Source: Gonapodya sp. JEL0774 (Eukaryota). Taken from it: 64,000 bases of DNA. The stretch is from the NCBI GenBank assembly GCA_027604505.1, contig JADIIX010000022.1:62001-126000 (forward strand), read 5' to 3'. This document shows positions 43,734 to 56,110 of this stretch, one piece after another (positions within the stretch are counted from its first letter, which is position 1; every line of letters starts with the position of its first letter). The position numbers were made by a program, and so were the translations under genes. Below the pieces are notes generated by a model. It was not told the DNA's origin and did not search any database. It saw nothing but the letters and a program-made list of their open reading frames with translations.

Positions 43734-43769
43734 TGACTCGGGTAACTCGGGTGACTCGGGTGACTCGAC
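43734..43769. promoter_or_regulatory. 4 x 9-bp tandem repeat with TGACTC cores in the PEPCK/GNAT-MBL divergent intergenic region
   Basis: TGACTCGGG TAACTCGGG TGACTCGGG TGACTCGAC, about 86-121 bp upstream of the PEPCK ATG, next to a minus-strand CATAAAAG TATA-like element. Confidence 0.6.
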
Positions 43770-44335
43770 TCTGTGCCACATCAAATCACTCTCCGAAAGA
43801 AAACCAGAACAGACCAGAACCGATCGTTCGCCAATGATGTAATAATTTTGCGAATCGCTGATTCGTAGATGAACCAGAATAATTCGTGTCGTTTGATAAA
43901 AGCTCTCTTTTTCTGGTTGTTTGAATTTTGGATCGCCATGGGCTGGGCAAAGAGTGGAATCGAAACCTCGAAAACTTGCTCTTAAAAAGAATATCGTTAA
44001 TCTCCACTAGGACAACCGTGGGTAAAGGTTTCTCAGTTGAAGTTCAGTTCGTCCGGCTTGTTGGTTTGTCAGCGACAATCATATCATGATCATGTCCGTC
44101 CCACCGCCAACTGAAGAAACACAACCACACTCTGTCACGCGATTTTGCCTTTTGCTTTGACTAACAATCAAGTAAATATTCAGTGACAACGCTATTGTTC
44201 AAGAATCATCTAAATCTGTCCCCGTTCGTGCCTTCATATTACATGTCTCGATCTAAGTTTTCAGATTACAACTCGGATGTTATGGGGTGTAGCGGAGGGC
44301 CATTTCGACCCACGCTTCTATAAACACATGAGATC

Positions 44336-46800
44336 ATGGGACCTTCACGTTCCCTCCCCATCAGAATCCGTCCATTCCGGATCAACGATTTCGATGTCCT
44401 CGTGTTGCTTCGTCGTCTTTCACAAGAAGCGTCTCTCCCCCGCGATTTCCTAGAGCGCACTAGCCATACCCTCCTAGAGGATTACGCTCAGTTGAAAAGT
44501 GCTAAAGAACAATCCAATTCTACCGTTTGGGTCGCGGAGACTACTCCTGCGTGGGGATCGGCAGATGGTGTCCGTATCGCGGGATTTATCGTGGTGTCGC
44601 CCAAACCGAAATCAACATTCCCTGAATCCAACGCTCTTCCATATCGAGCTTCTGAAGCTGTGGTCAATTCCAACCCAACTACGTTCTATCTCGTGGTCCA
44701 TTTTCTCTATGTACACCCAGACTATTTTCGATGTGGAGTTGGATCAGCTCTGCTGGACCATCTGTCAAGACGTGAATCGATACAGGACGTTTTCGAAGCG
44801 GACTTGCATTCGCCAGTTATCGCCTCACCCAGATTACCATCGCAATCTATCCTCAATATTTCCCTCTTCACTCACCAAGTAAACAAGAACGCACGAGCTT
44901 TTTACGAAGCGAAAGGATTCAAACTTATCGGGCTGGGTGTTTCTCCTCCACCAGAGAATGAACCAGACTGCTTTTACTCAAAAGTGGTGAAGATGGTTGA
45001 TTTGACTGAGGAACCCTCCGCGCCGAGTTTCGGTGTGTCGGTCCCACTTAAGGACTCTTCAGTTGGTGTCCGTGACGGAGACGCGGTGCTCGAGGATCTC
45101 ATATTCATGGGAACAGGCACATCCAGTCAGGTGCGTTTGGTCATAAGCACGCAATTCTTGTCGATCCACCTCCTTCGACCCATCCGCCACTGGTCACACT
45201 CTCCTTCACTCCTTTGGACGGGTCCCCCACCTCCACCAGGTCCCAAATACCCACTGCCTCACTCACACTCCCATTCTTTGCCGGGTTTGCTTTGAAGCCA
45301 CCTGCTTCGAAGTGCGCGATACCTCAACTGGCGCCCTATTGGCCCGAGGTACCTCTACACCAGGGCACCGCCCATCGGCCGCGGAGACCATGCTCTCGGG
45401 GAACGAATACTATGCAGCAGTGATGGGAAAGCGGAACGTCGAACCGCTGCAAAGTGGGCCTGCCGTCGTCCCGCCCACGGATTTGTCCGCAGGCGATGCT
45501 GTGCCAGGACCTGCTGGCGCCCATCAGCACCTCAGTACCGGCGCTGCCCATGCAGTCACCTCCTCCTCACCGGCCCCCGCAAGAAATCACGATGGCCTAC
45601 CTCCCCGACCTCTAGTAGTATGGAACCACAATCGCCGCCGGAACACTGGTTGTGTCATCAGGTACCGACCCTCGAAGGGAGCTCCCAAGCGTAACTTGGT
45701 CATCGATTGTGGGAAATCGTTTTACGAGGCTAGCTTAGAGTGGTTTAATCGATATAGGTGAGAGGGGAGGTTGAGAATCTGCGGCGACCTTCAAGCTGAG
45801 TGGCATTCCCGGTCAGGATTCGAACTATCGACGCTTTGCTCCTAACACACGGCCACGCTGATGCAATGTTTGGCCTTGACGACCTCCGGTGAGATGACGC
45901 TTTCACGTTGATTCGCCATTCAACGAAAATATTGAATCCAAAGAAACACCTCGATTCCACTGCGGAAGACAATTTACCATTGGACCCAAGGGGTACCGTA
46001 CTCAGGACCACGTTGATGTATACTGTAATACTGAGACGATGAACGTTGTTGCGACGGCGTTTCCGTACTTGGTGGACAAATCAAAAGCTACAGGTCAGGA
46101 ATTTTGCGGGGGAGATCACTCAGTGACATGTTGATGGACAATTTGTTCGCCATTCGTTTCGATATTTCAATGTTCGACACGTTTCAGGTGGTGGTGACGT
46201 GAGTAGCCTTAAGTTTCACGTGTTTGACGCTGAGCAGCAGCACCACTACTCGCCCGTCCTCATTGATGGACAAGTCGAAGTGGAACCCTTTGAAGGTTGT
46301 TGGCATTTTTCTGAATCTCCGTGAGCCACCTAGCTCCCCGTACGCTGACCATTTTCATTAAATACAACAGTTGAACACGGCCGAATCTCGGAGATGGTGC
46401 CGTACATGTCTCTCGGATTCCGCATTGGGCGTAGCCGCGAGCTCGTTTACGTGTCAGATGTGAACAAGTTTCCCGAAGAAGCCATTGAGCGATGCAAAGG
46501 ATGTGGAGTCTTGGTGTTGGACGCGTTAAAAGGTAGGCTTTTGCTGCGAGTTGTGTGGAGGAGATGGTGCGAGTTGACTGTTCACCCATTGCAGATGAAC
46601 CCCACCCTAGCCACTTTTCGATATTGCAGGCCATCGAGTGTGCCTTGTTAATTCGACCTACGAAAATTTGTCTTCTTGTCGGTTGGAGTCACTTTAGGCC
46701 CCATGATGAGATCAATGAAATGTTGGCGGGACACCAGGCGTTGAGGGATGCCGGCATCATGGTCCGCGCTGCATATGATGGCGAGAGGATTGAGCTATGA
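44336..46800 (+). CDS. GNAT acetyltransferase fused to a metallo-beta-lactamase-fold (PhnP-like) hydrolase
   Basis: One open exon (44336-45130) carries GNAT motifs (FLYVHPDYFRCGVGSALL; NKNARAFYEAKGF) and the MBL start LIFMGTGTSSQ. Later exons give VP..HCL..CRVC, NRRRNTG, LVIDCGKSF, LLTHGHADAMFGLDDLR, AFPYLVDKSKATGGGDV, VEHG, YVSDV, SHF, GWSH and AYDG. Confidence 0.85.
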
Positions 46801-47061
46801 GACGAGCATTCTTGTTGTGTTGGTTGTTCGTAAATACAAAAGCGTCTCATCGCTGAATGCTGACTGCTCGTCGCTGAGTGGAGCAAAGCCAGAGCCCCGG
46901 CCAACTTACTTTATATTCACATGCACTGCAGCTCTGATAAGTCTGCCACGCCAATCCAAACAAAAAAAAATCAACGACTTACCCATCGAAACTGCTGGAT
47001 CTCGCATCTTTTCATACAGATCGCGTTTGCTAGCTCCACACTCCTAACTTGCGTTCCATAA

Positions 47062-50001
47062 ATGTTCGCCGCACTCAAGACCTCGTTGAAAGATTTGGTT
47101 TGGGGCAGAGAATCTGGGTCACCGGTGAGCAATTTCGGCCGAGTTTGGTCAAACTGGCGACTGGAACAGTAGGGAGGTGACTGGAGTGTCTTGCCTTGGA
47201 TCTCGCATCCCGAAAGGATCACATGTTCTTCTGCCGTTTTGCCCACCGCCCGATTCTGAATGTCTGGGAGCGGCTTCAAGATCTCTAATCAGTTTATTCC
47301 CTTTTGATTCGCAGGAAATCATCCAGATTAGGTCCGGGCAGCTCTTTCTGGTTTCATCGGGAACGAAAAACCCGCGCAAGCTGCTCTTTCGTGATGCTGA
47401 AGCCGTGATCCGCAAAACGAGCACCCCATTTAATTACCAGATTGTAGTGACTAGGAAATTTGAGGAAGGAGAGGCAGAACTTGAGCAGGTGGGTTTGAAG
47501 GTAGAGTACTGGATAGAAAGTGATCCCCTCTAGTGGAAAGGAAAGCCGCAGCATCCACTGAATTGCACAGCATGACTGTAAGAGTCCAAATCAGGCCGAA
47601 ATTACCGTAGCTCACAGTCTTAGATCTCCCACAGTTGGTGCTATGGAAAGCGCGGACTATTATTCACTACTCCATTTCTCTTTTCTCCTAGGAGGACACC
47701 ACTTCTGTTTTTGATGTCGAACAGTCGGCTTTGATTTGCGAGGAGTTCGCATTTCAGGCAGCTTCACGCGACGAGGCTGACGAGTCCGGAAGCTCAGTTC
47801 ATCTGACAGCGATATCGTGGGTCGACCCCGCATTCAATGGCCTTCCAAACGACCCGCGTGCACCGCGCTACGAGTTTGCTATTGACCACGCTCAGACGGC
47901 TGACGCCATGGCTTCAGAGTTTGTAAATTGCATATATCGTTCGATGTGGGAGCGAAAGCACAAGGCGTCTGTCCCTCATGACATGTCAGACGAGGACATT
48001 GAGGAGGAGTTTGCTGCGTTCGAGGACGCGGAAGGCAGTGTCGCGGGCCCAGCCACCCCAGTGAAGTCCCCTTCTAAAGTATCTGGGGACATCTCACCTG
48101 TAAAGGTTCCCGGGTTCACCACACCTGCTCGGGCGCAGCCACAGGTGTCTCTTGCTTCACATCAGGCATCACCATCGCCCAGTCCTCCCCATGTTCCTTT
48201 GGGCACTATGCTGGCTAGTTTCTCCGGGGACCTGCATTTTTGGTCTGGGGACCGTGCCACGTTCGTTGCGCATACTAGCGACTGTCAGGTGTCTATTCTG
48301 GCACTTGGCGACTTTGCGTACCACCAAGTCATCTCTCTACCATCGGGCATACCGCTTCTATCGCAGGACCTTCCCCATGGTGTCTTCTTCAGCAACGCAT
48401 ACAGTTCCTACATCTGGAACTTCAACCTCCCAGGTGGTGCCATCCAGTCATACAGTTTAAACTTTAAGAAAGAGGTGGATTTCCAGGAATTCCGCGGTCT
48501 CTACGCGGACTGTGAATATGAGCGAAAGAACAGGGAGTCCATCAAGAAGTCAATTGCGAAACCCGAGGACCGTGCTTGGCTTCACGACACATATGCAGTG
48601 GATACAGAGATGCCGGATGCTGAGCCGTATGTACCGGATGCGGACGACGAAGAGGAAGAGCGCGTAAGGCTGGAGAGGGAGGAGCGGGAATCTACGATGG
48701 ACGAAGACGAAGAACAGGTTCAAGATAGCGAGGACGAGGACACCAAGGAGGCTAATCGGGAAGCTGCTGCCGCGATGGGGAAGGATGATGTTTTCGCCAA
48801 GGGCAACACACATCTCGCTGTGGGGTTCAAGTCGGATCGTTCATTTGTAGTCCGGGGTAACCGTATCGGTGTTTTTGCCCACACCCCGGAGAACGGTCTG
48901 AAGTTCGTATCCACAATAACTGGTGTGCGTACAGTTACTGATGGCCGGGAATTCGCTCCAAGCAAGATCATGCTGCATGAGGGCGATCGGTCGATGTTGC
49001 TCATGCGGGACGGTGATGATAAACATGTGTACCGCATGGACGTGGAGCGGGGCGAGGTAGTCGAAGACTGGCAAGTTCATGAAGATATCGGAGTGGATAT
49101 GGTAGCACCTGAGGAACGATATGCGCAGTTACGCGACGGTAAACTGGTGGTGGGTTTGAACCACAACTCTGTCTTCAAACTTGACCCACGCTTGGCTGGA
49201 GACAAGATCGTGATGGGTGAGGACAACAAAGGTTACCGCCCGTACAGCTCCAAGCCACAGTTTACATCAGTGGCGACAGATGAGCGTGGACACCTTGCCG
49301 TGGGTTCCAGCAAGGGCAACATCCGCTTGTTTGACTCGGTTGGTAAACGTGCGAAGACCGAGCTACCTGGTCTTGGTGACCCTATTTTGGGCATCGATGT
49401 AAGCTCGGATGGAGAGTGGGTCCTTGCTACCTGCAAAGACTACATTCTCCTAGTAAACACGGCAATCAAGGGTGCAAATGGCGCAACAGGTTTCACAAAA
49501 TCGATGGGGCAGAGCAAACCTGTACCCCGTCGGTTACAGCTGAAACCGGAACACGTGGCGTACATGGGATCATCAGTTGTGTTCACTCCGGCCAGATTTG
49601 ATACAGGAGAGGGTGCCGAGAAAATGATCGTCACGAGCACTGGAGAGTATGTTGTGAGCTGGAACTTCCGCAAAGTCAAGGCGGGTGGCAAGGGAGCCGA
49701 CGAATATGTGATCAAAAAGTACGGAAAGGTTGTGGTCAGTGACAACGTGAGTTTTCCAGAAGAGAAACTTCTATTTCCTACGAGATTGATACGAAATCAT
49801 TCAACACATAATTTTACGGTTCACATGATGTAGTTCCGCTACAACATGCCCCGCGACATTGTCGTTGCCACCGCCGACAATGTTACATTGGTGACAAAGG
49901 ATCAGCTTCAAACGCCTCAAAAAGTGTTGCAACAGACGCCTCGAAAGTCCATTGGAGGAAGAAATATCAGGGGCGGTGGTGTTGTGAACAGCCCGTACTA
50001 A
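47062..50001 (+). CDS. VID27: Vacuolar import and degradation protein 27
   Basis: N-terminus LVWG...EIIQIRSGQLFLV; LAVGFKSDRSFVVRGNRIGVF; VYRMDVERGEVVEDW; FKLDPRL; IRLFDSVGKRAKTELPGLGDPILGIDVSSDGEWVLATC; PRRLQLKPEH. 4 exons. Confidence 0.93.
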
Positions 50002-50139
50002 GTTTGCTGGTGCTACCAACACCGTACATACGTTCTGAAGTTTACCTTTGCGTGCACACTTTTCTTGTAAGCATTCGTTATCTTCTCGTAGATTATATAA
50101 TACACGATCATACACGGAATCCCGTATTATTGCGCAAGT

Positions 50140-51427
50140 TCAACAAAACTTGTCATGCTTAAGTTTCACTCTTCGATCCAAGAGCTATGCAAAAAGATTG
50201 AGCGGAAGTCGTCCCCAGAAAATGTTGAATCCCGATGCAAGCGAACGTACCGCTTCATGTAGCTTCCCTTCCTTTGATGCCTTCTTGAGATTCGTCTTAG
50301 GAATCGCCATGTCATCAGTATTTGTTGGAGTGATGAGTCGACCGAGGCCCCATGTATGGAATTTTTTGCTATAAAGAAGAACACGGTATGTGTTGGCGGC
50401 ACGTTTGAGAATATCGACAAGTATGTGCGACTCACATTTGGTCTACTTCAAACTTGTCGATGTCACCCACATCCTCCGCAACACCCTGTCCACCATCATC
50501 CAGTAGTCCCCGTCGTTTCTTCTTCTCTCTTCGCACCGCTGCCCTTGTCTCTGCCTGGCATCGAAGGCGCCATACTTCCGCGAATCCAACACTCTCCGAG
50601 TCGGCCCTCACTACATTCCCACTCCGAGGTCCGGCAGCCTTAAGCGCTTCTGCATCAGCTTTGAGAAACTTGTCGTATACGTGGTGCTTGATTGCCACCC
50701 CATCTTCCCGAAACACCACGTCCCATTCTTCCAATGGGCCGACCGCTTCCTTATCGCACGTGACGATCCCAAATTTATCACAGCTGACATACTTATTAAA
50801 CGCCGATTTGAAGGAGAAAACCGGCACAGTGGGGTTGGCCCGTTTCGCAACAAACACTTGGGTGACTGATAATGGCTCGAGAGCAGACACGGAGACGACT
50901 GTCCCGGAGGATTCTTCTTTGGGTAATGCAGAGCTTATCGATACAACTGAGGAGTTCTCAAATGAGCAAAGGCTGGAGGGTGGATCTGTGACAGCCTTTA
51001 AAGGAGGGGGAGCATTCATGGGACGTTGCATTGGTCCAAGAAGGTCACAACATCAGTCAACGAACTGTAACGAAGAATATAGGTCCCGAGATGTCATCCA
51101 TTGTGTCCACATTGATCCATCCTTCACGCGGTAAGGTGGCAACAGATTAGTAGGGAAGCTTTGGATCGTGTGACGCGATGAACAAGAACCTTCTGTCGCT
51201 TCGTCTCCACTCTCTTCCTCCGTCTTCCGCTTCTTCTTCTTTTTTCTTCGATAGATATGCGGTTGGTGGCCGGATGTGAACGTGAACCATCGCAAGTGAG
51301 ATGGATGATGAGGGATGAGCACGATAGCATGACGCGAGCCGCCAATAAATAGCTTGCCGTAAACGTACTTTACTGGATCACCTTTAAAACGCAGTCTTCC
51401 ACCGACAGCTTTGCCGAGAGCCGACAT
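50140..51427 (-). CDS. FRG1: FRG1-like protein
   Basis: RLRFKGD..KKKKKRK, FKSAFNKYVSCDKFGIVTCDKEAVGPLEEW, RCQA, IKKFHTW, and C-terminal EGKLHEALLDRRVKLKHDKFC*. Confidence 0.9.
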
Positions 51428-51487
51428 TCGTGTGTTACGGGTACTACTCCGCAGCAGTCAACCAAAAGTGCACTTTCATATGACATT

Positions 51488-52664
51488 CTACGACACTGGT
51501 GCTACACCCTCTTTTCCTTCTGCAGCAGTTAGCTTCTCAATTATATCCGTCGCTTCAATCAACACCACACCATTCTTCTTGGCCTTGTATGCCTGAAGCA
51601 TCCTCCCTTTCAGTTTATGGATTCCCTGACGCCGAAGCCTTCGCTTCTTCAGCTTCGCAATCTCGCCCGGGGACATTGTGCTCGACAATTGCAACTCTTC
51701 GAGTTGTTTTACCACGGCAGTTGTTACGTCAGAATCCGGGACAAGTGTTTTGGTTTGCGAAAATGCTGTCTGTGAGGCGTTTGGCGATCCACGCGCGAGG
51801 ATAGCACTGTGCTTGGCAAGGACGTTCTGAACCTGAGTCCAAGCTTTCTTGCGTTCACCGAGGACAAACTTGATGTTGCGCATAGTCACTTTCACCTGGC
51901 AGTAGACAAATATCTCGAAGTTAGAATTATGTGTTGCGGAGAATCCCTCAAAACGACACACACAGTCTTCAATCGGTCCTTGTGCGGAAAGAGTAGTTGA
52001 AACCGGCGAGCCTCCTCCATCTGAGAGTAGAGTAAGTTCTTCTCTTTCAAACACACGAACCACAGCTTGTGTAGATCCTCAAACGACTTTCTCCGCAACT
52101 CCGAGTGAGTCCAAGAACGACCTGAACAAATGGTTTTGCCCAAGGGAGCTCGTTAATCCTCCGTCATCGGACATTGTACTCGGTAATGGAATGCTGCAGC
52201 CTACCGAACTTGCTGTTGTCCTTCTGCCACAGCCATCCGTTTGCATTGTCAAAAAACTCCTCCAAACCCATCCTGACGCTCGAAGACGAGAATTCCCTAG
52301 CACAGCCAGTGCTCCATCTAGTTAGGCCTATAGTGGGAGCATAATGTCCGATTTGCCTGCCTACAGCAGGTGATAATATCCGCTGTACTTGGGGTGGTAA
52401 CGACGCTGCCCGATCTCGGAACGACGACCCTTTCAGTTGCCATACGGCCCGTTCGATTACACAATCTTCATGAGCAGCGCCTTTCGTAGTGAATGTCGAA
52501 TCTTTACAAAGATTGGTTGTGGATGCGATGCGGGAGGTGGAGAAAAGTGTGTGCTGGTTGGTTCTTGCAGGATTTTGGGGGAAGCGATTGGCGTGGAAAG
52601 TACGTGCACAGAGAGAAGCTGATACATTTGCGCGAGGAACCAGTCGGTGTGCGGTATTGGTCAT
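51488..52664 (-). CDS. MRPL4: Mitochondrial large ribosomal subunit protein uL29m (MRPL4/MRPL47)
   Basis: GLEEFF...[31 protein letters not shown]...[15 protein letters not shown]. 3 exons. Confidence 0.92.
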
Positions 52665-52777
52665 GATCGGCTTAAGTATTAGCGTGTGTGTTTGTTGAAG
52701 GGGAGGGATGATGGAACTGCCTCAGAACAACTGCACCAAAGACGATCGACAACACTCTCTGTTTGTGTATCAGCTCA

Positions 52778-54517
52778 TCATAGCCTAAAAATAAGTTCTT
52801 TCTTGGGCTTGTTTTTCAGAACACCGTCGATTTCGTTCATGAGCTCGTCGCTCAGCCTCCCCACCACATTCAAAGCTCCAAAATTGTCGTTAACCTAACC
52901 GAAATCATTAGATGCAATGGAAATGCCAGCAATTTGTCTTCACTTACCTGTTCAGGACGTGAGGCGCCTGTGATGATTGTCGAAACACCTAGGTTGTTTG
53001 AAAGCCATCAGCCCGCTAAATTTGTGCTTGGACATCAGAAACTTTTCTCACGAGGGTTCTTGAGGCACCATGCAATTGCAAGCTGGGGGAGGGTGGCTCC
53101 AATTTTCTTGGCGATTGGTGCTAACGCTTCCACCTTTTGGAGATTCTCTCGTGCTTCAGCAGTTTGCAAAGACCTCTTTGCGATGGATTGCATCCCAGGA
53201 TCCTTGTTGACGGCAAAGCGAGAGTCGGGCGGAGGAGGCTCGTTGAATTTCTGATTTGGAAGAGACCCTCAACGATAGAAAGAGCACATTAAAAGGTTCG
53301 ATTCTCACATATTTTCCCGTAAGAACTCCAGACTGTATCAGAAAATCTAAAGTTAGACACCTCTGATATCTGAACATTTCACTCTCAACTTACGGCCAGC
53401 GGGGACCAAATAGTCAAGCCGAGACCGTGAGTGCTGTACAGAGGAAGATACTCCTTTTCAACTGCACAAGCATAGAAGTTGCAGAGGGCAATCAGGGGCA
53501 GATCGGACAACACAACATGCATTGCCTACCTCTCTCGCGTGCAAAACAATTATACTGCGGCTGCTCCATGGTGGGCCCCACCATTCCCAGCTCTTTCGCC
53601 ACTCGATGAGCCTCAAGGAGTTCACTTGCGGACCATTCGCTTGTGCCCCTGCATTCCGAGAAAGTTTGCGGCACCTCAAATCAACAAATCAAAGTGAAAC
53701 CACTCTGTTGAATCATCCAAACTCACCAGTAAAAGGCAAGACCGTGATCAAGCAGGTAGTTGAATCCCCTGACGGTCTCCTCCATTGGAACGGTGGGATC
53801 TGGCCTGTGAGCAAAGACTGCAAACAACTGGTTGTTCAAACGACCCACACCGTCTGCCACACAACGCTCAAACTCACTCAGATCAACGTAGTCCATTCCC
53901 AACCTCTCAAGAGATGCTTTGGTTCCCTCAATGAGATGCTTCCTCGACAATCCCATGGCGTTCGGGCCACCTTTTGTACCCCAGAAGATTTTGGTGGAAA
54001 CAACAACATCATCCCGACTGTTATGAACATTTCAGGTAAGCCGGTCAAGCACTGTACGACTCGCCGCAGCAGCGACTTTGAGTCATGAGCTCACGAGATG
54101 CCAATTTCCCTGATAGCCTTTCCCATTTCGACCTCACTGCGGCCTCTGGCATAACCCTCAGCGGTGTCTAAAATCAGGTGTCCAAGGGTGGAGCCGAGTT
54201 CAGTGAAGGCAATGGACCAATGCTGTCTGAGTGCTCACTTACCAAAAAAGTTGCATCCGAGTTTCCAGGCAGCTTCCATGCACTTCGTGGTAGAGTCTGC
54301 CGCGGAAGGTGAGGATCACAATGATTTTGCATGAAATCGTTGAATTCTTTACCTTGCGCGACCTGGCCACCGTATGTCACCCTGTTTTTTGATATTGTGT
54401 CATGAATCGAATGACGATGGCGAGGTGATCAGAATCTCACCATCCACCCAGAGACAACGCTGACACTCTTATTCCCGAGCTTCCCAAGCGCCTATACTCC
54501 ATGTTGGTTCTCGGCAT
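52778..54517 (-). CDS. Aldo-keto reductase, voltage-gated K+ channel beta-subunit-like
   Basis: [98 protein letters not shown]. Many small exons. Confidence 0.93.
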
Positions 54518-54665
54518 CCCTGATTAGCGCTCGAAGGGATGAATCGTCGAATTTGCAAATGATTTTGTTTCCGGCGCTGCTGGTTGTCGGAGGACACACA
54601 AGCCGACATGTAAATGTTTTAGGTAATCATCGAAAAATGTAAACGGCCACAGGATACAATCTTAG

Positions 54666-56002
54666 TCAAGAATCTACTCCAGTCGGCAATAATCTTTGCA
54701 TTGTATCTCCTTCTACGACCTTGTGTAACACCCACTCTCCGTCCCTCGTTTTGAGCCCTGTCTTATCTTCCAGCAACCCCTTTATGCAATCAAATCTCCC
54801 TGCTTCGACTGGCTCCATGAGCCGCCAGTTTGGCGACGCTTGCTGTTTGAGCCAGTGGAAATCCTCGAGGTATGACCACAAGTTGTCGTGCTGGGTACAT
54901 GAGAATGACGGAATAGCAGAAAAGCATTAATTATATTGTTGAAGATAAGCTTGGGGGTTTGGGAGCGACTTACGTCTGAAGCGTTGAGCGGGCAATCCGG
55001 GCGAACAGATGGCGAGAGCTGCCACCAATCTGCCACACGAATCCCCGAACATCCTTCAATAATTCCTCTGCTTGCCACTTTGAGCCACATATCCACGTTC
55101 CGGCTCTCGTGCATCCTCAATTGTCGGCATGATAGGACGAACACGGAGTTGGTCACGTGGGTGACGAGCGCGGAACCAGCAGTTGAAACGATGAGAACAC
55201 AATTCGAAAGATTCTGAGCATGGACGGTCGATATCCGTAAGGGAGATTCTGGCGGGTGGGAGAGGTCGATGAGACAGTCTGAGAGATTCGAGAGGTAAAC
55301 ATCCTTAGAGAGAGTACTCATGTCAGCGGACATGGCAGCGAGGACAATATGGCTATTTGAGAAAGAGGATATCGAGATCGAGTTCGGTGGAGGTTGGGTG
55401 GCGGACGATTGAGGGTTCGAGAGGTTTGAGGAAGTTTCTGTGTTCCCTTTACCATCGACGGGGACAGATACAGGCGGCTCTTGAGCAGCCAGCGGTTTTT
55501 CTTTCTTGTTTTTGAAAGAGAATTTGGATTTGGGTGCCAATGCTGAACGTCTAGCAGAGAGTTCATCGCTCAATTCTTTGATATGCTTGGCAAGAACATT
55601 GAGCACCGTGAGGCACATTCATTCTCTGAATTTCAGATAGCACAAGCGTAGAAAACGTTTTGCTCACGTTCCAGCACCTCCTTTGGTCGTACATGGGGAG
55701 GTAGAGGTTTGCTGCTTGGGTGACCTTTTTTTCCAACTCTGCAATTCGCTGGTTCAGAGCCTCGAGAGCCAAGCTCACAGAAGCATCATTTACTCGAAGC
55801 GCGATAAGATCTGCGCGAATGGCTAGATAGCAGAAAGGAATGGGTTAATAGATGCACAAGATGAATTTGATCGTCGCCATTTCGTTTGTGATTTGAACAC
55901 ACCCTCAAGGTCGGCGGAAAATAACTCCCAGAAAGAGGCGGATGCATCCTTCACGGAGACATTCAGGTTGGAAATTGTGGGCTCTTTGGGCCGCGCCGAC
56001 AT
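54666..56002 (-). CDS. TBCC: Tubulin-specific chaperone C (cofactor C)
   Basis: YLPMYDQR, PKSKFSFK, beta-helix repeats, SCRQLRMHESRNVDMWLKVASRGIIEGCSGIR, EDFHWLKQQASPNW. Confidence 0.88.
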
Positions 56003-56110
56003 ATTTGAAGAGGAATTGGTTTGGGTTGGGAAGGTTGATGTTGAACACTGGACACGATCATATGTTGCACCAAATCACAACCATTCTAACTCTCCCCATT
56101 CCTATTGAGA

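Noticed and set aside
43734..43769. Short repeats as a CRISPR array
   Set aside because: 9-bp contiguous units with no spacers, eukaryotic context, no cas genes.
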